From positions 20,819 to 84,818 of the forward strand of contig JACQXK010000009.1 of the NCBI GenBank assembly GCA_016208765.1: DNA of 64,000 bases. Reading direction: 5' to 3'. The notes under the pieces are model-generated. The model worked only from the letters and a program-made list of their open reading frames with translations. It did not search any database and was not told the origin of the DNA. Made by a program: the position numbers and the translations under genes. This document shows, piece by piece, positions 57,416 through 64,000 of the stretch (the first letter of the stretch is position 1; every line of letters begins with the position of its first letter). The DNA is from Candidatus Omnitrophota bacterium (GTDB lineage Bacteria > Omnitrophota > Gorgyraeia > Gygaellales > Profunditerraquicolaceae).

Positions 57416-60337
57416 ATGCATAGAAGAACCTCAAAAATCTTAGCTATAATTTTGTCGTTTATCTTAATCTTCCAACAGTCTGGCTTTGCCCAGATTGCTG
57501 CTCAACTGGATATTGCTGGGTATTTTATCTCTCTTCAGAACGGTGTAGCCCAAGATAGATTCCGTCCTTTGCATTTACGGTATCTTCACTACAGCCCCGA
57601 AGAGAATAACTTCAGGCTCCTTTTAGACAAGGGCAATATTAAGGACCTAAAAGACCCCAACGTAGAGCAGGCCACCAAAGAGCTGTTGAATTACTTCTTT
57701 ATAGGCGTTACTCTCCCTAATGATTCCTTCTGGGTAAACCTAAGACCAGACTCCCCAGATAACATCATTGATCCGTGGCTTGCCCAGACCGACGTAGGTC
57801 GTATCCTTCTTGAAGCAGACCTGCAACTAAAGAAAGACACCGCCCTTTATACCTCGCCCCAAACCCCCGAAGGTAGGGAATACTGGGATAAACTCTATAG
57901 GAAAGCAGGAGAACTCTTCGGGTTGGATAATGTAACTATTCCTACACTTACTCGCCCTTGGATAGTGCCAGATGAAATCATCGTCCGAGAAACCCAAGAC
58001 AACGCCTATATCTATAAAGCCACCCTTAAAGTAATGCTGGAGCAGGACTACCTCAAGGACCCAAGCACCCATAACTTCAATGACCAACGCTCCAAACAAC
58101 TCAATGAATATTCCTCACAACTTATCCGAGACCGTATCATCCCCAAACTCGCCAAGGAAGTAAATACCTCTAAGCGTTATGCTCCTTTAAGGCAGGTTTA
58201 CTATTCTTTAATCCTCGCTCAATGGTTTAAGCAACAGTTTGCTGGCAAGAATACCACTTACTCTTCGCTCATTGACCGTAGAAACCTTGCTGGTCTTACC
58301 TCCCAACAAACCTGGTCTAAGACTACTTACTTTCAAGAATACCAAAAATCCTTTAAGGATGGCGAATATAATATCAAAGAGCAAATCTATACGCCCTCTG
58401 GTCAGACAATAAGAAGTTACTTTTCAGGGGGGATTGCCGTAACTACAAAAACGATTACTGCTGCTAAAGTATCCTCACCCGCAGGTGAGCCACTGGTAGT
58501 CCCAAATTATACGAAGGAAGTTTTAGCGTCTGGCACACCAGAGAGGCTTGACATAAGATTAGAAAGTAAGCAGCCACCTGATGGTAGAGCCAGCGAACTT
58601 TTTGCCAAAGATGAAAAACCATATTTCGTTATAGTAAACAAAAAAGATTACTTTGGCAAATTTACTGAAACTGCTGTTAATGTTTTGATGGCATTAAAGG
58701 AGGCAATTGAAATACCTAGTGATAAGCGAGCAAGTAGAATATCATTAATAGTTAAGAAATACGGGTTTAATGAACAATTGAGTAGCCATTTTAGTGAGGG
58801 TGTGAAGGGAACATCTATGAGAGGGGGCGATTCTTCACAGGAGGGATTTTCTTTTGAAGCAGTAAGGTCTGTATGTTCTATTCTTACTTATTATTATCCA
58901 GAGTTTGCCGATATAAGAGCTGAATATGATGTTATTAGTGAAATTGCTTTAGCTAGTGGAATGCCGATAAACAAGGAATTAAAAAATAGACTACAGAAAG
59001 TTATGGAATACTTGGAAATAGTATTGTCTGGAAAGGAAGACCCAGGCACCGTATATGACAAGCTTCAGAATGAACTGACAGAAGATAATACTTATACGGT
59101 TATTTTGCTCCTAAAATGGTGTGGCAATGTTGCAGAACTAGACAACTATCCAAATGAACAGCAAAAAGCAAGAGTATTTCTGAAATATTTTACCGGAAGG
59201 TATCTCAATGAGTATAAAGATGTATTAGATGCTTTTGCAGATTTTGTTTTTGGTAAAGTCGCGACTGCTCAAAGCAGGGTTTCTCATTTTGGGGGAGATG
59301 AGAGCGTTAAGGTAGCTATAATGCTGACAGGAGCACAGCAATTGGGGAATTGGTTAAAGGCAAAAGCACAAGCTTCAGGAAAGAAAATTGTTTTTAAGGA
59401 ATTACTATTGACAATGGCAATGGTAAATTCTCTTGAGTATTTTGTAGATACGGATACAGTATTTTTAACGCAACAATCAGAAGAGTTTATGCGTAGATAT
59501 TTGTCAGAAAGCGGTATATTAACAAGCGAAACCAAACACGTAGTTTTTGTTGACACTGGCTTTAAGGGGTCACTAAACCAATTCATGCATAGAGACCTTA
59601 GAGATAGAAACATTGGAGAAGACTTTCTATTGTTAGGTCAGTTTGCTTCATCTTTCCAAGAATATCTTGCCTCTGGATTAAATAAACAAAGCGGTTGGCA
59701 GGGTGATGAAAAAAGACTACGTAGATTCATCTTTGTTATGGATGATGGCTTTGAGGCATCTACGACTTCCGCAGTGCGATTCCACGATGGAATACAAGTT
59801 ACTGTTGCTTCTACGCCTCGTCCTTGGTTTTGCGCGTTAGTAAAAAACGAGATAGAAAAATTAGCAGGAGTAATGCCAGAGAGACCTGCTACTGATTTGC
59901 CACAAACCAATTCTGATTCTCAAGCATCTTCTGTTGTTGGTGGTATTGATTTCCGTAACCTACCTATCGTTACGCAGGCAATAACTAACTTAAAATTAAG
60001 CTCCTCTTCGGCTATGTCTATGGTTAAGCTACAAGATATTAACCTTAATCAGGAGTTAGGGGATATCCAAAAGACGGTAGAAGCCGGAATTGTCCCCTCT
60101 ACAGATAGAATCAAGGAGTATGTTGCCAGATCTTGCCTTAAAGGAAATTTAGACGCCCAGAAAGTCGTCTCTTGCATTGCCAATATGCTAAGGCTAGAAG
60201 AAGAACATTGCGTTTCAACCGACCCAATGTTACGAGATATCTTAGTTGTGCTTGAGTCAAACAGGTCTCTGGAAAGTCTTAGGGCTATTTTTGTGGATGC
60301 TAAGCCAGAAAAACAACAAACATTTCTTCTACCTTAA
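57416..60337 (+). CDS. large secreted protein of unknown function (973 aa)
   Basis: N-terminal signal peptide, no recognised motifs. The first ~400 codons favour C-ending codons (AAG, GAC, CCC, ACC); the remainder is AT-rich like the host genes. Confidence 0.5.
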   Translation: MHRRTSKILAIILSFILIFQQSGFAQIAAQLDIAGYFISLQNGVAQDRFRPLHLRYLHYSPEENNFRLLLDKGNIKDLKDPNVEQATKELLNYFFIGVTLPNDSFWVNLRPDSPDNIIDPWLAQTDVGRILLEADLQLKKDTALYTSPQTPEGREYWDKLYRKAGELFGLDNVTIPTLTRPWIVPDEIIVRETQDNAYIYKATLKVMLEQDYLKDPSTHNFNDQRSKQLNEYSSQLIRDRIIPKLAKEVNTSKRYAPLRQVYYSLILAQWFKQQFAGKNTTYSSLIDRRNLAGLTSQQTWSKTTYFQEYQKSFKDGEYNIKEQIYTPSGQTIRSYFSGGIAVTTKTITAAKVSSPAGEPLVVPNYTKEVLASGTPERLDIRLESKQPPDGRASELFAKDEKPYFVIVNKKDYFGKFTETAVNVLMALKEAIEIPSDKRASRISLIVKKYGFNEQLSSHFSEGVKGTSMRGGDSSQEGFSFEAVRSVCSILTYYYPEFADIRAEYDVISEIALASGMPINKELKNRLQKVMEYLEIVLSGKEDPGTVYDKLQNELTEDNTYTVILLLKWCGNVAELDNYPNEQQKARVFLKYFTGRYLNEYKDVLDAFADFVFGKVATAQSRVSHFGGDESVKVAIMLTGAQQLGNWLKAKAQASGKKIVFKELLLTMAMVNSLEYFVDTDTVFLTQQSEEFMRRYLSESGILTSETKHVVFVDTGFKGSLNQFMHRDLRDRNIGEDFLLLGQFASSFQEYLASGLNKQSGWQGDEKRLRRFIFVMDDGFEASTTSAVRFHDGIQVTVASTPRPWFCALVKNEIEKLAGVMPERPATDLPQTNSDSQASSVVGGIDFRNLPIVTQAITNLKLSSSSAMSMVKLQDINLNQELGDIQKTVEAGIVPSTDRIKEYVARSCLKGNLDAQKVVSCIANMLRLEEEHCVSTDPMLRDILVVLESNRSLESLRAIFVDAKPEKQQTFLLP

Positions 60338-60515
60338 CCTCCAAACACATTGAATTAAATCCTTTGTAAGGGGAAAAATTTAGAGGGAGGGGGGTACAAA
60401 AAGAATATATCGGGGATTATGATTTCGTTGACGAGCCGTTGTTCTCGTAGTAATCTTTAATCGGATAGGATATTTGAAAAACAGCCTTTCGGGTAGTCCT
60501 CATGCTAGGGGCATA

Positions 60516-61451
60516 TTATTTCTCAACCTTACGTTTATCCTTAACGTAGTTACTTTTTCCGACATTTTTGGCGTAAGATTTTAAATCTGCGCCGATCTCA
60601 CCGATCTGAGCAACGTGCTCAATCTTTCGCGCCTGGTTAGTTACAACTCCTATAGAAATTGAAAGAAGCGGTATATTTTCTTCTTTTCCCTGCCGGTCAT
60701 GAGAAGTAATGAAGCCTTGTTTTCTGTCGGGCTCAGTATAAAAAGAAGGAACCTCTTTGTCAAAATCAGAAATGATCTTGTTACAAAGATTATCCGCATT
60801 TTCAAGAGAAGTGATAATTACGAAATCATCTCCTCCGATATGCCCGATAAAAACTTCCGGCCCGCCATATTCTTGGGCAGCGCGGATTAGTATTCTGGCA
60901 GTTTCCTTAATAACGTCATCTCCGTGGCGGAATCCGTATTTGTCGTTATAGGCCTTAAATTTATCCAGATCAATATAGCAAACTGCGAATTGTGTGCGGT
61001 TGTCAAGGCGCTGCTGCAGTTGGCTTAAAATAGAAACATTTCCCGGAAGCCGGGTTAATGGGTTTGCTTCAAGGTCGCGTTCAGTGCGCCTTAGCACCAT
61101 GCGGATGCGCGCCAGGAGCTCTTTTGGTTCAAAAGGCTTTACCACATAATCGTCTGCTCCGGCGTCAATTCCTCCTACCTTGTCGTTAATATCGCCTTTT
61201 CCTGTAACCATGATTACCGGGAGATGGCTTAATAAAAGGTCTTTTTTTATCAGGCGGCACACCTGCCTGCCGTCTATTTTTGGGATTTTATAATCCAGTA
61301 AAACCAGGTCCAGGGTTTTTGAATTGATGATCTTTAAGGCTTCCTCGCCGTCTTTTGCCTCCAGGATCTCGTAATTTTCCTCGGAGAGCGTAAGTTTTAG
61401 GACATCCCTGATATCCGCGTCATCGTCAACAATAAGTATGCGCACTGCCAT
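60516..61451 (-). CDS. response regulator with REC domain and GGDEF-type output (non-canonical GGDDF motif)
   Basis: REC motifs (ILIVDDD, phospho-acceptor Asp in LVLLDYKIP, KP), then a diguanylate-cyclase-like domain with GHIGGDDFVII. Confidence 0.8.
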   Translation of the reverse strand: MAVRILIVDDDADIRDVLKLTLSEENYEILEAKDGEEALKIINSKTLDLVLLDYKIPKIDGRQVCRLIKKDLLLSHLPVIMVTGKGDINDKVGGIDAGADDYVVKPFEPKELLARIRMVLRRTERDLEANPLTRLPGNVSILSQLQQRLDNRTQFAVCYIDLDKFKAYNDKYGFRHGDDVIKETARILIRAAQEYGGPEVFIGHIGGDDFVIITSLENADNLCNKIISDFDKEVPSFYTEPDRKQGFITSHDRQGKEENIPLLSISIGVVTNQARKIEHVAQIGEIGADLKSYAKNVGKSNYVKDKRKVEK

Positions 61452-61465
61452 TCGGTTTCCTTTAT

Positions 61466-62953
61466 TTATGCTGGTAATGGTAAGGTGAAGCTAAAAGTTG
61501 ATCCGCTGCCAACCGTGCTTTTTACCCAGATCTTCCCCTGATGTGCCTCAATAATATGTTTTACTAATGATAGCCCAAGCCCAGTCCCTTTTGCCTCCTG
61601 ATTAATTGTATTATCCACTCGGTAAAATTCTTCAAAGATTTGTTGCTGCGCTTCGTGGGGCATTCCGCAACCGGTGTCACTGATATCTATTTGCACAGCG
61701 TTGCCTGATATTTTGGCATAAATATTAATTTTCCCGCCCTGAGGAGTAAATTTTAACGCGTTTCCTATAAGATTGATAAAGACGCGGTTAAGCTGCCCGC
61801 GGTCGGCAAATACCGCGTTTGCTTCTTTTGGGATTGTGTAGGAGAGCGCAATATTTTTTTCTTTCAGCTGCCCGGCTAAAAGGTCAAGGACCCTTCTTAA
61901 CAATTCCTCTAAATCAAAAGTTTCCTTTTTCATGTTCATTCTTCCGGCTTCAATCCGGGCGATATCCAAAAGGTCATTTACAAAATGCGTGAGTTCATCG
62001 CTGTGGCTGTTTATTTTCTCAAGCCTTTCTTGCACCTCAGGCGGGATTCCTCCTAATTTACCGGCGAGCAATATTGAGGCATATCCTTTAATTGAGGTAA
62101 GAGGGGTGCGTAATTCATGGGATACAGCTGAAACAAAATCTGTTTTTCGCTTGCTGATCATTTGGACTTCTTCAAGGGCCTTGGTTAGATCGTGCGTCCT
62201 TTCTTCAACCTTTCTTTCAAGCTGCTGCTGGGTGTGCCAGGTTTTTTCAAAAAGGCGGGCGTTATCAATTGCCTGTCCGATTTGATGCGCAAGCACTGTG
62301 ACCATTTCTTCGTCTCCCTCGCTGATTGCCATGTTGATATCGGTAGTGCCCATAAATAAAAATCCCCGGCTGCCACCGATAGGGGAAACAGAAGATATAA
62401 CAAAGGATATTACGTTAAAAACTTTATTAATTTTACTTTTTTCCTCTTGGCTAAGCGAAAGCGAAGAGACTGTTTTTTTGCTACTGAGTAACTCTAAATA
62501 TGCTTCTTGGTTTTCTTTAAGGTAAGACTGGATTGTTTCTAATTCTGCTTGCGAATAGCCGATGTTTGCCTGCTGCAGGAATGCTTTTTTTACAGGGTCC
62601 CATAAGAATGCGCAGGATTTCTCAAATCCAAAGTCCTCTATGCCGGTTGATTCAATGATCTTGAAAATCTTATTTTCTTCTAAGGTAGAAGAGATGGCGC
62701 GCGACATCCGCTGCAAGGCGTATAGGCTGGTGATCTTTTTGTCCAGTTCTTCCTGGGCCTTATTCAGTTCTATATCGGTGCGCAGGATCAATTTTGCCTG
62801 TTCGTCCATTTCATTAAGTGATTTTTTCAGGCCTTGGTTAGTTGCCTGAAGTTGTTTTAATTTTTCAAGCTTTAAGATGAGCAGGATCGCCAAAGCAGCT
62901 ATGCCGATTACCAGTAAAATATTTAGTATGCTGAATAAATTATCAAGTCCCAT
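61466..62953 (-). CDS. sensor histidine kinase with N-terminal TM, coiled coil and GAF-like domain
   Basis: H-box SHELRTPLTSI, N-box NLIGNALKF, G-boxes DTGCGMP and GTGLGLS. Confidence 0.85.
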   Translation of the reverse strand: MGLDNLFSILNILLVIGIAALAILLILKLEKLKQLQATNQGLKKSLNEMDEQAKLILRTDIELNKAQEELDKKITSLYALQRMSRAISSTLEENKIFKIIESTGIEDFGFEKSCAFLWDPVKKAFLQQANIGYSQAELETIQSYLKENQEAYLELLSSKKTVSSLSLSQEEKSKINKVFNVISFVISSVSPIGGSRGFLFMGTTDINMAISEGDEEMVTVLAHQIGQAIDNARLFEKTWHTQQQLERKVEERTHDLTKALEEVQMISKRKTDFVSAVSHELRTPLTSIKGYASILLAGKLGGIPPEVQERLEKINSHSDELTHFVNDLLDIARIEAGRMNMKKETFDLEELLRRVLDLLAGQLKEKNIALSYTIPKEANAVFADRGQLNRVFINLIGNALKFTPQGGKINIYAKISGNAVQIDISDTGCGMPHEAQQQIFEEFYRVDNTINQEAKGTGLGLSLVKHIIEAHQGKIWVKSTVGSGSTFSFTLPLPA

Positions 62954-62956
62954 AGA

Positions 62957-63898
62957 TTAATTTTTTGTGCCGATACCTAAAATTGTAAAAGTCTGGCTGT
63001 GAAAATAACTGATCCCGTGATATCCTGCTGCAGTTAAAGGAGCCTGTTCTCCGAAAGTATACAAGCCGATTACAGGGGTATTTTCTCCTAAACTCTCCTT
63101 TACGATTTCTAATTCTCTATTAGCATCTCTTCCTAAGAGCATCAGTCTGGAGGCGGAATTAAATAATAGCGCAAAATGCGTCTGGCAATTTTTTAATTGT
63201 TCTTTTGCCTGATCTAAGGCCTGTTTAGTGGCCGAAAGCGCCGATTCTTTTGTGCCGATCATCAGCCGGACCTGGCTGTTTACAGGGACATCTCCCTGGC
63301 AAACACAGGACCCGTCGTCTCCTATTGCGATAATATTTCTAAGCAGGCATTCTTTTTCCCCTGCCAGTGTTATTCCAAGAGGGTAAAATATGGAGATGCG
63401 TTTTAATTCTGTTTTTAGCCTTGGAAGATCAAATCCAAGGTATTGCTGGTATGTGTCTGCAGCAGGCTTGCCGTCAATTTCGTAGACGGTGTTATCAACG
63501 GCCTTTGTGATATAACGGGGTTTGCCCAGTGTCTTCCAGCCGTGTTTTATGCCCAGCCCGAAATTTACCCTGCCCCCAAAAAGCAAGCCGCAGGCTCCAT
63601 TGTTAAAGACTTCCTGGTTGGCATAAACAAAAGTTTTTGAGAAATGAAAGTTATCGCTTGCAGATGCCCCAACTACGGGAAAACTTCTTCCGAGTTTTTC
63701 CTGCAGGCCGGTAATAAGCCCTTTTTTTTCTTTTATTATCCCGTCGGAGAAGATGACGCTTAAGTCTCTTTGTTTTCCTGCAAATCCAGAAAGCAATTTT
63801 TCGGCAAGTTCAAGGCCTCCGGCAACTCCGCCTTTCTGATCCATGTCCTTAACAAAGGCGTGATTAACAAATATTTCTTCAGGAAAATTAACCAGCAT
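62957..63898 (-). CDS. FIST-domain sensor protein
   Basis: FIST_N/FIST_C-like architecture, co-operonic with the HK and RR. The N-terminus may extend upstream of the called Met. Confidence 0.6.
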   Translation of the reverse strand: MLVNFPEEIFVNHAFVKDMDQKGGVAGGLELAEKLLSGFAGKQRDLSVIFSDGIIKEKKGLITGLQEKLGRSFPVVGASASDNFHFSKTFVYANQEVFNNGACGLLFGGRVNFGLGIKHGWKTLGKPRYITKAVDNTVYEIDGKPAADTYQQYLGFDLPRLKTELKRISIFYPLGITLAGEKECLLRNIIAIGDDGSCVCQGDVPVNSQVRLMIGTKESALSATKQALDQAKEQLKNCQTHFALLFNSASRLMLLGRDANRELEIVKESLGENTPVIGLYTFGEQAPLTAAGYHGISYFHSQTFTILGIGTKN

Positions 63899-64000
63899 TA
63901 TTACGATGCCGTTTTTCCAGATACCTTGGTTAGAAATAACAGCAGCGCTGCTAGCCCCGATAACCGGAGTCGGGCCAAGAAGATTTGCTATAATTTTAGC

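Noticed and set aside
1-64000. CRISPR arrays, rRNA genes, integrase/transposase genes
   Set aside because: No spacer-separated direct repeat arrays, no rRNA-like conserved blocks and no recognisable recombinase motifs were seen. The only tandem repeats are the 7-nt coding arrays, which lack spacers.

Overview
This 64 kb window is gene-dense, low-GC bacterial chromosome with ~65 protein genes, 5 tRNAs and no rRNA or CRISPR. It looks like an uncultivated, possibly PVC-superphylum-like lineage. That is an inference from a chlamydia/spirochaete-type V-ATPase operon order, a bacterial SET-domain protein and split carB, not from any search. Content in order: trkH; pheS-pheT; rarA; an EF-G paralog carrying a ~330-aa membrane-anchored coiled-coil N-terminal extension; uvrD/pcrA-like helicase; a pyrimidine block (pyrR-pyrB-pyrC, a PHP/EndoQ-like gene, tRNA-Arg, a C-terminal-half carB, mutM, pyrK-pyrD-pyrF); a V-type ATPase operon (E-hyp-A-B-D-I-K) followed by tRNA-Val and tRNA-Asp; an MTHFR-C-like/5-FCL pair; rny-ymdB; xseA-xseB; dxs; a four-subunit 2-oxoacid:ferredoxin oxidoreductase; gltX; a six-gene minus-strand lipid operon (membrane protein, KAS, ACP-fused alpha-oxoamine synthase, DAGK-like kinase, NAD epimerase/dehydratase, UbiA) that looks like a sphingoid-base/aminolipid pathway; tRNA-Gln with a small accessory islet (tRNA-fragment, BOF protein, RelBE-type TA); speH-speE polyamine genes; a SET-domain protein; tRNA-Leu; a 973-aa secreted protein with an internal codon-usage shift; and a FIST/GAF-histidine kinase/REC-GGDEF signalling operon. 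Two sequence-level signals are not explained by ordinary annotation. (1) Tandem heptanucleotide arrays (unit CAGGCGA, complement TCGCCTG, variants GTCACCT etc.) inserted in frame, in both orientations, inside at least four conserved housekeeping genes: pheS, pyrK (twice), pyrD and porA. They encode QATGDRR- or SPVTCHL-type peptide insertions. (2) A ~125-nt structured intergenic repeat present in two copies (10339-10466 and 51984-52108), with compensatory base changes in two internal stems, pointing to a conserved RNA or MITE-like structure.
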